From Callorhinchus milii (taxonomy: Eukaryota): 64,000 nucleotides of DNA. The position numbers were made by a program, and so were the translations under genes. The notes under the pieces were generated by a model. The model made no database searches. It was not told the origin of the DNA and saw only the letters and a program-made list of their open reading frames with translations. Numbering within the stretch: position 1 is the first letter of the stretch; each line of letters starts with the position of its first letter. Of the stretch, positions 1 to 12,494 are shown one piece after another. Location: NCBI RefSeq assembly GCF_018977255.1, contig NW_024704743.1:95854001-95918000 (forward strand), written 5' to 3'.

Positions 1-838
1 ACATTCCATTGCTAGGTGTCACCACGGAGTCAGTTCAGCTCCAATGAGACCTCACTTACCTCCCCCCAAGCAAGCATGGAATAATCAAATCAGATAGCCC
101 TACTCATTAGGGCTTTGACTCAGCGTTAGCAGAAGATGCATGAGAAGAATCATGCTTCTAATGACCCTCCAAGTCCTGCCGATGAGCCAGCCTGGCTAGT
201 CTATCACCAGTAGTGCACAAATTCTCTCTCACAACAATTGATACTGCAGACCTGCCTAACTCAGGAACAAGACTACCAAGACTACAACAGAGGATTGACT
301 CAATTCCGACATTCCATTGCCAAGCATGTCACCTTGGAGCTAGTTTGGCACAAGTATACAATCACTGCATTTGACATCAATTATCTGTGACCCCACTTAC
401 CTCCCAATCTAGATTACCAATCCTATCACCTTTCCATCACAGCATCTAGTTGTTATTCAAATGAGTCCAGTATCCTGGCCACAACCACCCTTCCTTGTAA
501 ACCATACCTGTTGTTGATTACACACTTTGCAAATAAATATTTTCTGGTGTCTGTTCTAAACAACTGGACTGCACTTACAAGGTTTCACTTCATACGCCTA
601 ATTTGACCTAGATTTGGACTTCCAGTATAAAAAATCAAATAGACTAGACCTGGATCATTTGAGATGAATTCAGATATGAAGTACCACCATCACTCTATGT
701 ATTAGGTAACTGAAAAATCCAGGGCAAAGACCTGCTGCCTTATCCTTTGGAGTCAATAGCCAAACTAAGCAGATGGAGCCTGTGGTACCATACACAATAA
801 GCACAATATTGACAAGTCTCATAGTTCCAAGGTCCTAC

Positions 839-1029
839 CTTCACAATGGTTCTGGGATGAGGTCCAGGAGAATGTTCAACGATATTTACTCGCTTAGGAT
901 CCTGCCACAAATTCTCCTTCACAATAATTGATACTGCGGTCGTGCCGTCCAGAAATGGTGGGGCTGAATCCTTTACTTTAATTAGCAGCTCATATTTTTG
1001 TTCATCTTCAGGATTGAGCTGCTTGGTGC
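839..1029 (-). CDS. CDH17: Cadherin-17 coding exon 6 (end of EC2, start of EC3)
   Basis: ttttacag|GC ACC...GTG AAG|gtagg, 191 nt; (G)TKQLNPEDEQKYELLIKVKDSAPPFLDGTTAVSIIVKENLWQDPKRVNIVEHSPGPHPRTIVK, resembling human CDH17 ...VTENIWKAP...HPIKITQ. Confidence 0.93.
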
Positions 1030-1321
1030 CTGTAAAAGAGTTTTACACAAGTTATTCTTGCAATGTTTTGATACAGTTACTGAATCCTGTAGGCAAATGC
1101 ATCATGAAAGAGTAATATTACCCTCATATTTGCTAAAGCACCTATAACATTGAACCTTCTCAAGGTGCTTCACAGATAATTGTTGTCAAATGCAATGACT
1201 GTATACTTGTAGGCAAATACATCCACCAATTTTCACATAGCAATGTTTCACAACATCTCTGAAGGATTCTTGGCCAGGATAACAACAGAAATTCCAGTAT
1301 TTTTTTGAATGGTATTAACAA

Positions 1322-1612
1322 TAATAATAATACTAATCCTTGAATTTGATATGGCGCTTTTCACGTCTTTAGAGTCTCAAAATGCTTCACACAATATACT
1401 GTAAAGTGAATTGACTGCATTTTTGTGAGCGAAATGCGGTAGCCAATTGTGTACGGCGGTGTCCCACAAACAGTTGTAGATTGAAGTGACCTAATTATTA
1501 TTATTATCAGGCGTGTGGAGTAAGGAAACTTGCCTAAGCTTTCACCCTGCCGGGAATTGAACCAGGATCTCTCGCTTGTTAGGCGAGTGCTCTAACCATG
1601 GAGCTACAGGAT
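1322..1612 (-). mobile_element. SINE (same family, older)
   Basis: Head, core and tail recognisable; adjacent to an older DeuSINE at 1617-2040. Confidence 0.8.
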
Positions 1613-3197
1613 TGCAATAATCCTTGTATTTGATATAGTGCCTTATCACATCGTCAAGGCATCTCAAATTGCTTCACAGGATACACTGTAAAGTGGGTGA
1701 CTGTGCGTATTTTGTGGGCAAATGAGGCAGCCAATTTTGTGGACAGCAATGTCCTACAAACAGTCATGAAGTGAATGACCAATTTTATTTGGCAGATTGT
1801 TAGCTATAACGTCGGGAGAGACTCCCTTCTCTTTTTGAATAGTGCCATGGGATCTTTAACATCCACCTGAATAGGCAGACGGTACCTTGGTTTAACGTAA
1901 CTTCCTAATGTCGGCACCTTCAACAATGCATTCCAGCACTGACTGCATTGGACTGTCAGCATAGACTATATGGGTTCCAAGTTTATAGCTTGAACCCACA
2001 ATCTTCTGACACAGAAGGAACCAATTGAAACAAACTGACCATTTACCTGAAGCAGCTCATTAACAAATATTTAATGAAGAAGAAAGAGCTGCCCATCATT
2101 TTCATACCATGGTGTCAGGACCACATGGTATTATGTTCCATTACAGTTTGCTAACAAATAAACAGTTTGATAAATATGTTTTGTTGACACTATAAAATAG
2201 CATTACACTATAAAATATAATGAGAATGGTATGATTCAACGGGATCTAATTTAGGATATTTGCTAAAAGGATGAGAAGAGCAAATTGTGGCTTTGATTTA
2301 ATTCAGAATATTCCCAAAATGGCTAATTGCATCTTTTGAATGCTATCAAAGTGCTAAAAAAAATGTGTGGTGAGTAAAAGGACCCGGATTTGTTATTCAG
2401 TCTTTTTCTGCACTCTGACAGTTTTCAGAAATCGCACATAGTTTGCAAATGTCGCAAACCAAACCAGCAATTAGAGCTTCACATTCCTTCTGCAAATATC
2501 GCAAATTAGATCCCAACGTCTCACTTTTAAATATCATTAAAAGACTTTCAATTACTGTACTTCAGGCAGAATCCAGTTAGCTGTCAACTTGCCTCAGTTA
2601 GTAGCACTCTTCCTTCTTAGAATGTTGTAAGTTCAAGCCCCACATCAGAACTTTAAGCTCTCAGTGCAAGGGGAGCACTATATTATCAGAGGTACTGTCC
2701 TTCATAATTGAATGTTAAACCAAGGTCCAGTTTGCCTGTTCAGGTGGTATTAAAGATCCAATGGCACTTTTCAAACACAGGAGAAGTTTCTTCTGATGTG
2801 CTGGTTAAGAATCATTCAGATAAATTGGTCATGGCTTATTGTGGGACATTGCTGTGTGTAAATTTCACATTACAATTGCACTTGACAGCCATTGAGAAAC
2901 ATTTGAGATGTTTTGACATTATAGGCACTATATCAAATATAAGGATTATTATTAAATGTTATCCACACTGTATTTCACAATATAACCTGAATGACTGTAA
3001 CAAGAATATTATTTGTTTTGTATCTATGACTAACATATTGGCAAATAATACATTGCCTTAGCACAGTATCATTTGGAAGTTGTTTCCTGGTACCACCTAT
3101 AATAAAATTATATTCTTGAAAATGATTAACCAGAGGAACTGCCAAAGTTCTAACCTTCTATGTGAATGGAAATGCATCAAGCTAATGTTCTGCATAC

Positions 3198-3356
3198 CTT
3201 CATCAGTAGTAGAGATTTCTCCTGTTTCACTATCAATCTGGAAAAACCAGACACCGTTATGCATTGGTAACTGCCTAAAGATGGAGTATTCAAGTTTAGC
3301 ATTAGGAGTTAAAGGGTCATCCAAATCGGTGGCATTAACATACATGAAAGGTCTTC
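3198..3356 (-). CDS. CDH17: Cadherin-17 coding exon 5 (EC2)
   Basis: tttgtag|GA AGA...GAA G|gtatg, 159 nt; RPFMYVNATDLDDPLTPNAKLEYSIFRQLP...FFQIDSETGEISTTDEG with cadherin AxDxD motif. Confidence 0.96.
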
Positions 3357-4111
3357 CTACAAACAAAGAGAGAGATTATTAACTTCACAATCAGCAATCA
3401 GTTAAGTCATTCCATATTCTAAAATACAATTTTCATCACCAGCAACTTTCACTTACAGACTTACAGCATGGCAGCAAAAATAAGAGGGCACAGGCTTAGG
3501 TTTACAAAGAGCAATGTCAGGACATCAGAAAGAGTCTTTTCACACAGAGGGTAGTTAATGACTGGAGCAAATTACAAGGAAAGCTGGTTGAAGCTAGGAT
3601 GCTGGACTCATTTAAGATGGAGCTTGATAGGAGAAGACTTGAATGGTTATTTTGGAAGGATGGGATCAAATGGGCCAAAGGGACATCTTCATCCAAACTT
3701 TATCATCCTGGATTCCATATACAGACTAGCAGGTAAAAATGTTTTTCCTTTCATCATCCTTTTCAAATCATTCTTTTTCTCTCTACCTCTCTTACTCTGA
3801 AGGATGACTGATGCTGGAATTTCCTTCACAGGTGTCAACTGGAATTCTCCTCCAGTATCTTCCTCAAGTCATTGTTTTTCATGCTCCAACACTCACAGTG
3901 AGGGTGACCATTATTGGCCATGGGAAGATTCACAGCCATGGGGAGCATTTCTGCTGAGCCCAATGCTATCCTCACCCAGTGATCACACATTTGTACCTTC
4001 AAAATGACCTGGTGGAATTGGAGACACTGGTGACAACTGGTAATAATAATGTGATAGAACATGGTTAAACCAGGATGGTGAAAGAGGGTACCATTTACAA
4101 GGATATAGGTA

Positions 4112-4400
4112 TTCAACAACAACAAATTACATTTGTATAGCTCCTTTCAGGTCAGGAGGACATACCAAGGCGCTGGACAGTCAGGGATTTGAACACAAAC
4201 TAGGGGTTGGAATCAGGATGGGTGGAAGGCATGGAGGGTAGGGTAGGAGGGTGACCAAAGCCGCGATAGAACACGAGCGTCTTGAGACTTGCCTTGAAGG
4301 AGGCAACAGAGGGAGTGAGGCGAAGGACCCGTGGGATAGCGTTCCACAGGGTGAGGGGAGCGGTGGGGCGGGCCGGGGCAGGAAGTGAAGCAGGCCAGAG
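4112..4400 (-). mobile_element. L2 3' fragment
   Basis: APLTLWNAIP..ASFKASLKTL; (CAA)n tail. Confidence 0.8.
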
Positions 4401-4529
4401 CCCCAAGAGGGGGCAGACATGTGTGTATGGAAAGATAGCAGGACCCAGCAGTATAATTGATTCACTGGGGAACAGTGACACTAACTTAACATTCAACTTG
4501 ATTTAAGAAATGGCACAAGTATGTAACTC

Positions 4530-5600
4530 AACTCCAGTGAGGTCCCAAAAAATTGAAAGCAAGCAAATGTGGCTCCCATTTTCAAGAAAATTGATATAAC
4601 CATACCTGGAAACTAGACCCATTAATCTGACTTCAATAATTGAAAAAATGATGGAGTCAACCATCAGAATGAAAATGGAAGATTACCTGTATAAAAATCA
4701 TCTAATAAATGTCATAGATTTAGAAGGGATAGATCTTGTCTGACCAACCTCAGAATTTTTTGAGAAAGTAACACTTTATATTGAAGGCAGGAACACCTAT
4801 GGCACGGTGGACCTAAAGACTTTCAAGCGGCATTTCACAAAGAACCACATGGAAGACTCCTTCACAAAGTGATCACTGAACACCAAGGACAAGACATGGT
4901 CATAGATTTGGTCATAGATTTGAAATTGGCTGACGGGAAGGAAGCAAAGGGTAGATGTTAAGGGAGCTAGGTCAAATAATAATAATATTCCTTGGATTTG
5001 ATGTAGCGTCTTATAATGTCTTCGAGACATCTCATAGCACTTCATAGAATACACTGTAAAGCGAATTGACTGTATATTTTGTGGGTGAAACGCATCAGCC
5101 AATTGCGCACAGCAATATGGAGATTGATCTTAAGTGAAAAAACCTAGTTAGTTTCTACTGGAGCCCCTCCTGTTCCTTACAATATATCAATGACCTGGAT
5201 TTGCAGACCCAGTGTAAGATAATTACATTTGCAAGCGATAGCAAAGATCTTACATAGATTGGGTATGTCTATGGGTTGAATTCAGATAAATGCAAGGTAC
5301 TACATTGAGGAAGTAAGACTAGGAGGGACAAATACTCCATGGATGAAATAGAACATGCCAAGAGAGAAACTGAAAGAGATGTAGGGGTGTTAGTTGACAC
5401 ATGAATTATCACATCAAAACAGTTTGAGACAATGTGAGGCAATAATAAACAAGGCAAACAGGATGCTGAGCTATTTTGACAAATCAGCTGAGGTCAGATC
5501 TCAGACGTCGTCCTCAGGCTATACAGTGCTGTGGTCAGCCTTTACCTCACATACTGAGTACAGTTCTGTCTGTCACGACAAAAGTGGTCTGCCCAGGCTC
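4530..5600 (+). mobile_element. Degenerate CR1-clade LINE RT region, interrupted by a SINE tail (4975-5115)
   Basis: Remnants of CR1 RT motifs (ANVAPIFKK, DKCKVLH, ERDVGV, QCEAIINKANRML). Confidence 0.75.
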
Positions 5601-5849
5601 TAGAAATTTACAGCATGTGTGGTTGAGACATGGAAGTTGGACTCATCTAAGATTTGTCATCTGGTTTTATTAATCTGAACCTATTGTATATCTTGTGATA
5701 TATTTACTTCCCATCAAGCTGCACCAGACAGGGATTTAAAAGAATTATTGTTTTCTCCTTTATCAGTCAGGGATTGTGCAGTCTATTGGTAAATACATCA
5801 GTGTGGTATTCCGCCATATAAAGGATCCTCGGTTTGATAAGCCCTGGTC

Positions 5850-6045
5850 CATATTGAGTTTACTAATCTCTTGTTCTAGATTCCCTACCAGAGGAAATAG
5901 TTTCTCTGTAGCTACCCTATCAAATCCCTTTATTATTTTAAAAACCTCAATTAGATCACCCAACAACCTTCTAAATTCAAAGGAATACAGACCACGTTTT
6001 ATAACCTGACCTCACAATTCAACCCTTTAAACCCTGGTATCATTA
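5850..6045 (-). mobile_element. CR1 3' fragment
   Basis: LGDLIEVFKIIKGFDRV..EKLFPLVG. Confidence 0.8.
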
Positions 6046-6124
6046 TATTCTAGGTAAGTACTTTAAGGCAAGCATGTTTAAAAAAAATTCAATTGTATCT
6101 TCAGTGACTGTAAACATTACGTAC

Positions 6125-6260
6125 CAGGTCTTGAATGTTGTCGTACAATTCCTTCCTTTTCTTCTCCAAATTCTGGTCGATGGTCATTTACATCAACGAC
6201 TTTGATTGAAATGATGATAGGTCCTATGAGTTTTTCAGCATTCTCCTTCAGGCCTTCAAC
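6125..6260 (-). CDS. CDH17: Cadherin-17 coding exon 4 (EC1/EC2 linker)
   Basis: ctttcag|GTT...CCT G|gtac, 136 nt; VEGLKENAEKLIGPIIISIKVVDVNDHRPEFGEEKEGIVRQHSRP with DxNDxxPxF motif; not in ORF track. Confidence 0.95.
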
Positions 6261-6889
6261 CTGAAAGACAAAGACAACAATCAAAATCAACATTTAAACA
6301 AGTTTGTTTCATGTGAAGTCTGAAATTTCTCCATAGTTTTAACAGCAATGTATTAAAATTTAAGATTGCATAGAATTTGGGAAAATTCTTAAAATCAATC
6401 TTAAATTGGAGAATGACACTAATGCAATGCTAGGGATGTGTTTTTTTTGGTGGTGCTGTAGTTTGGATAATGTGTTAACCCGAGGTCCCATTATTGCTGT
6501 TTAGGTGGATGTTGAAAATCCTATGGAAGTGTTTGAAAGGAGAAGGAGTTTCTCCTGGTGTCCTGGCCAACAAATATCCCAAATAAAACTGTTCACTCAT
6601 TTCATGGCTGTTTGTGGGACATACCTTCTGCAAATTGTCTGTTGCATTTGCCTAAATAATTGCAGACACTGCACTTTACAGTATATCCTGTGAAGCGCTT
6701 TGAGATGTCCTCCTGATATGAAAGGTGCTATAACAGATTTAGCTTTCAGGTTCAGGTTTCAGGTCTCTAACCTATGCAACTTCCTCCTCACACATTTGTC
6801 TATTAATTTTCATCAGCCATCTATCTGCCCAATCTGCCTCTGCTCTCTGAAGTTGCTCATAGTGCTCTTCATAGATTGCTTTCTGTTAC

Positions 6890-7027
6890 CTTTAGTAAGA
6901 TGAATGCCTGCTGTTCACGGTCCAGGGTACCATTCAGAATCAGCCACCCATTTGGAAACACTTGGAACCTGTTGGCTTTGTCACCACTGGTCTTAAAAGA
7001 TTTTACAGCTGGGTCAATTGAAGTGAA
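6890..7027 (-). CDS. CDH17: Cadherin-17 coding exon 3 (EC1)
   Basis: ttgtag|TTC...AAG|gtaac, 138 nt; FTSIDPAVKSFKTSGDKANRFQVFPNGWLILNGTLDREQQAFILLK with LDRE motif. Confidence 0.94.
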
Positions 7028-7950
7028 CTACAACAAAAGAAAATCTTATCAGTGGATTGTACTCTAGATGTGTTTTAACAACATGCATAACAGGAAGTAA
7101 CTATTGTGCATTAGTAAATACAATATATATTAAATACTTATCAAAAAATCATATCTATTACACAAATGAACAAAATACAAATGAATACTACAAGATGAAA
7201 GAAAAGAAAATGTATCTTTTGCCATCACCCAAAAAACACCCAGTCACTACACTTTACAGCATGTTCTCTGCAGTGCTTTGGGATGTCCTCCCAATGTGAA
7301 ATACCGGTATACCAAATGCAAGGTAACTATTATTGAAAAGAAATGATCATTTATTCATAGGTAAAAGCTGATAAAAGCTGATGTTAATGATCCTTGGACA
7401 TAACCGAAAGCAAAGGAGAAACACCAAGTGAGGCTCTATTGGTGAGTGGAGTAGACAAAATTAGGAGCCCCAAATTCCTCATGATGTGATTTTTTTAACA
7501 AGGAGAAGTCATTCTCAGTCACAGGATTTGGGGAATAGGATTTCAATGCTGTGTCAAAGATACCAGGTTAATACAATTAAAATTAATAAAATTAATCTGG
7601 TACCTGATTCCAGAGTATTAGACACTGCTCCAGTGCCCCAGAATAAAGATCTCTCTGAGTTATTCATGTGCTGAAAAGTGCAGCCATGTCGAAACTGCAG
7701 AACCTGTGAGTAAAACCATTCTTCTAAAATCGGGGGTTCAGAATAGGTTTAAGGCCATGGTTTTAACCACATTTTCTGGGCAATCTGTAGAATATTCTTT
7801 AATTAAGGAAAAGAATGCATTTAATGATGCTACAATTTTCACTGAGTAAAGGATGTTTTCTTCTACAGGTATAAAACATTTAGATTCACAGTTTTTTGAT
7901 TGACTTTGCATCATTTAAACAAATTGCAGTCTATATTGTAAGAGAACTAC

Positions 7951-8052
7951 CTGAAAAAGCGTTTGAATTCCATTTGTTTCTTCAACAACATTCAGATGCA
8001 TTGACATGAATGGGCCTGAGGGTAAAGATCCTTGTTGTTCAGTGACGACAAC
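7951..8052 (-). CDS. CDH17: Cadherin-17 coding exon 2 (start of EC1)
   Basis: gccag|GTT...CAG|gtagt, 102 nt; VVVTEQQGSLPSGPFMSMHLNVVEETNGIQTLFQ, resembling human SGPLKPMTFSIYEGQEPSQIIFQ. Confidence 0.9.
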
Positions 8053-8552
8053 CTGGCAATAATACAAAGACATTAAATCAAGTGTGTGACTGGTTACTTG
8101 CACAATGCTTCTCTATGACAAGTGCAAATCTCAAAAGATAACATGACACTGTTTGACAGAATTACTTTTGATGTCCTGGCCAACATTCTTCCAGATAAAT
8201 TTGTCTCTCACCTCCTGGCTGTTTGTGAGATCTTGCTGTGTGCAAAATGGCTGCCGTTTTTGTCCACAAGAAATGGCCAATTCACTTGACGGTAATTACT
8301 TGTGAAATGTTTTGAGCTGTTTTAATGTGATCGAGTGTTATAAAAATACAAATTCTATGAGTTGAGCCCTGTGAAATTCTTATTTTTTATAAATTTTCGT
8401 TTTTTGGGGGGAATTTCTTGTCATTTTGTTTTAGCCACTTAAAAATGTTGTTTTATTTCTTTTTATTAATTTACGATGTATAATGGTAATTGCCAGTTTG
8501 GGCATTTTGAACTTTGGTGTTAAAAGCACTTTCAAGGCACGTTTGTACCTGC

Positions 8553-8722
8553 ACAATGGACTATTGTGCAAGTGTGTGCAATGGACTATTGTGCGAGTGT
8601 ATGCAATGGACTATTGTGCAAGTGTATGCAAAGGCCTATTGTGCAAGTGTATGCAATGGCCTATTGTGTGAGTGTGTGCAATGGACAATTGTGCAAATGT
8701 GTGCAATGGACTACTGTGCAAG
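8553..8722. repeat. 25-bp minisatellite, ~7 units
   Basis: Unit GCAATGGACTATTGTGCAAGTGTAT, no spacers. Confidence 0.95.
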
Positions 8723-8835
8723 TGCAAGCCTGCCTTGACACGCACTTTGGATTCCCTCTGGACTCTCTCTCCCTTCCCTTTTTGGTTTGTATGGTACACA
8801 TGTATGCGTTTGTACAGGTGCAGGTTGTACAGGTA

Positions 8836-9887
8836 CACATGTATGCGGATGACACCCAACTCTACCTTTCCTCCTCTACTCTCAACTCCACGACCACCGA
8901 TGTCCTGACAGCCTGCCTGTCCGACATCGAGTCCTGGACGAGAGACAACTTTCTTCAGCTCAACGTGCGAAAAACCGAGGCCCTCCTGATTGGCTCACGT
9001 CAGCGCCTCCGCACCTCAGGCGCTGACACCATCAGCATCCAAGGCTGCACTCTCCACCTCTCAAAGCCAGTCAGGAACCTCGGCGTTTTGTTCGACCCTG
9101 AGCTGTCCTTTCTCCCTCACATCCGCACCACAACTGGCACCGCCTTCCATCACCTCCGGAATATCGCCAGACTACGGCACTACCTCACCCCTCACGCTGC
9201 TGAAACCCTGGTTCACGCCTTTGTCACCTCAAGGCTGGACTATGGGAACTCTCTCCTCGCCGGCCTTCCCGCCACCTCCCTCCACAAGCTGCAGGTCATT
9301 CAGAACTCTGCAGCTCGTGTACTGTCCCGCACCAGGCTTCGCGACCACATCACTCCCACCCTCGCTCGCCTCCACTGGCTCCCCATCCCCCAGAGGATTG
9401 ATTTCAAGATCCTCATCCTCACCTACAAGGCCATTCACGGCCTTGCTCCCTCCTACCTCTCCAACCTACTATCCCCCTACCTACCTGCCCGTACCCTCCG
9501 TTCCTCTGGCTCCGGTCTGCTCCACGTCCCCCGCCCCAACCGCCCTACTATCGGTGGTCGGGCCTTCAGCCTCTCAGCCCCCAGGCTCTGGAACTCCATC
9601 CCCCAGTGCCTTCGCCGCCTCCTCCCTTTCCTCCTTCAAGGCCGGTCTCAAAACCTTTCTCTTTGACCGTGCCTTCAGCTCCCCTCTCGACTCTCTTCCT
9701 CCTCCTCGCTCCCTCCCTTCCCTCCCCTCACCCTGACCATTTCCCCCCTCCTCTCTCCCTCCCTTCCCTCCCCTCACCCTGACCATTTCCCCCCTGCTCG
9801 GGTCATGACCCAACTGTGCAGCGCCTTGGGACGTCCTCCTGACGTGAAAGGCGCTCTATAAATGGAATCTTGTTGTTGTTGTTGTTG
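8836..9887 (+). mobile_element. L2-clade LINE, 5'-truncated, relatively young
   Basis: HMYADDTQLY...FLQLNVRKTE...VRNLGVLFD...SRLDYGNSLL...LHWLP, 3' stem-loop and (TTG)n tail; frameshift near 9615. Confidence 0.95.
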
Positions 9888-11416
9888 CAACAAAGCTGAA
9901 ACCACAACTGTTGTAAGTATTTATTTGTTTTTAAAATATTTTTGCACAAACCCTCTAATTTTTTAAACTTTTTTTCTTGTGTTTCTTCACATTTTATCTA
10001 TTTTTGTTGCTTTTCGGTTTATTTTGTCTTACAGTATTTCACGTTTGCCAAAAACACGGGGCTCTATTTCTGAGCTGAAATCCTGATATGAAACTTGAAA
10101 CCACAACTACTGCTTCACAGATAGTACCAACTGAGCCAAGCTACAAATTTGTTTGGGAAAAGTCAAAGCGGAATGCTTTTATAGGTTAGTGCAGTTAAAT
10201 TTATGGACATATGTGTGGACTATACACAAATTGTCTGCCATGTTCACTTATAAGGTACACAGCCATTCTAATTTACAGTATATCCTGTGAAGCTCTTTGA
10301 GATGTTCTCCTGACGTGAAAGACACATGTAAGGATTATTACCAATGTATGTGGTGTTAGTTCATTAAAAGATTCCCAAATTTGTGAATTAAATTAGTTCT
10401 TTTGGTTTTGTCCACATGAAATTCTATTCAGCAATATACCACTTCTACCTCAATTAAACTTTTACTCTGGTTTTACTATAAGGTGTCATTGCATCTGTGA
10501 CTATATAAAATCAGGTTGTGTTTTTGAACAAGATCAAGGCAGTAAGTGAGCATTATTTGTGGTCTCATATCTTCAGAAAATATTCTAACCACTTCTGAAA
10601 AGATTCACACTTTATAAAGTGTCGACTGACTATAAATAGGCATAGCTTTTCCTGTGTGAAGAGCAAGCAAGGGTGAGATTGGCAATCTTAAGGTTTACTT
10701 AGTGTTTCAGTACGTTTACAGCCAACTGCTATGCTACGGATGTTTGAAAGTGTTTGCTTGAGCTGCTTCTTTCCCGCCTTTCTCCAACTGAACAAAAGTT
10801 TCTCAATTCAAATTAAGTTAACCAATCTACTGTGGGCTGCTTGCAGTTAAGATGAATTGAAAAGGTAACTGGGTAAATATCTGCACAAAGACGTTCAATC
10901 CATGAGAAATAACATCGCATTAACATACTTTGCTAATGCAATCACAACATATCAGTCAAACTAATACCCAAATAAGTTGATAAAATAGCATTTAATACAG
11001 TAAAGCTCGCATGAGTCTTACCTGTATAACAACAACAACAACAAAATTACATTTATAGAGCTTCTTTCACGTCGGGAATTATAAATCATATAAGGGCCTG
11101 AGTCATACATCTGGCCAAGTTCCGTTCAAGAGTTTATATTCCACTCTAACCAAGTTTGACATAACTGATACTTTGCATAAGTCATATTTAATGTATGGTC
11201 CCAACTGATACGATTTATGTGAGATATACTGTATATAACAACCACAGCAAATGTTGGGAGCGAATGTTTTGTCCGAATGTAACAGGCTTTTATGTCACTT
11301 AGCCACAGTTTTTCCAATTCAGTGACTTACACATAAAATGTCTATTGAAAGCAATTATTATTGCTCACTTATCAAATACACTGTGTAACAAAGCCTAAAG
11401 TAACATGAAAACTTAC

Positions 11417-11473
11417 CAGAGAGACAGAAGCTAATAGCAAGGTGCTAAGGGTCTGGTAACTGGGAATCCTCAT
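11417..11473 (-). CDS. CDH17: Cadherin-17 first coding exon (signal peptide)
   Basis: ATG at 11473; MRIPSYQTLSTLLLASVSL|gtaagt, phase 0 into next exon; candidate acceptors shortly upstream (~11487 or ~11496). Confidence 0.85.
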
Positions 11474-12127
11474 CACTGCTTTGTATCTGGAGAACCTACA
11501 GAAATGATCATCACAAGTGAATCCGCTCCATCTTGTCAAACCTTTACAAAAGTCGTGGACTTAGGAAGGAACACCCCACACACCATATAAATCTAAATTT
11601 CAGATAGTCAGGTGTATATTAAACTGCTTAGAATAGGTGCAATTTATTTTCTATTATTATTAATAATAAATAATAATAATCCTGGCATTTCACATTGAAT
11701 GTCAAGAGGACGTTGCAACACGTTTCACAGTATTTTCTGTAAAGTGTAGTGACTGTAAGTTTTGCAGACAAACAAGTTAATCACTGCCAGAAAGAACATA
11801 TACTAGTACAGTTAAGCCATGCTAAATACCTTAGGTCTCACATTACCTTACTTCCCTTCACCTTTCAATCTATTCCACACTTCAACCATCCACTACAAAC
11901 ATTAAAATTAAGCAATTTAAAGACACAAATATACTCTCTGATTAACCTAAATTAATCATAACCAACATATTGTTGGCATCAGCTCACAAGATTTTGGAAC
12001 CCTGTATCTTATTGGTTAGAGCACTCGCCTCGCAAATGAGACGACCTGGGTTTGATTCCTGGTTCGGACGAAACGTTAGGTAAGTTTCCTTACTCTGTTT
12101 ACTTAGCAGTATGTAGGAAACCAGTTC

Positions 12128-12318
12128 ATAGAATCATAGAATTATACAGAACAGAAGGAGACCATTCAGCCCATCATGTCTGTGCCGACTCTTTGAAAAG
12201 AGCTATCCAATTCAATCCCACTCCTCCACTTTCTCCCCATAGCCCTGCAAACTTGTTCTCTCCAAATAATTATCTACTTCTCTCTTAAAAACTGTTATCG
12301 AATCGGCTTCCTTTCAGG
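12128..12318 (-). mobile_element. CR1 3' end inserted in a SINE
   Basis: (CATAGAAT)n tail; very similar to 59548-59760 and 17716-17900. Confidence 0.75.
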
Positions 12319-12494
12319 TTGTTAGTCAATTGGTGGATCATTATTCTGAGGATAATAATGCTCCAAAAAAATAATAATAATTTGGCACTCAATCCACAAC
12401 AGTGTCCCACAAACAGGTTGTGGGATACAGCTGTGGCGCAATTGGCTGCTGGGTTTTGTCCACAAAATATACAGTCAATTCACTTTGAATGCCT

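Noticed and set aside
1..325. CAATGGAAT (QWN) on the minus strand as the next CDH17 exon
   Set aside because: No pyrimidine-rich acceptor in phase, and the following codons do not resemble cadherin EC3
8553..8722. CRISPR-like array of palindromic repeats
   Set aside because: Units are contiguous with no unique spacers, the context is a eukaryotic intron, and there are no cas genes
8566..9666. 366-aa ORF as a host gene or domesticated RT
   Set aside because: Chance fusion of minisatellite, filler and a 5'-truncated L2 starting at YADD; lacks N-terminal RT motifs and is frameshifted at the end
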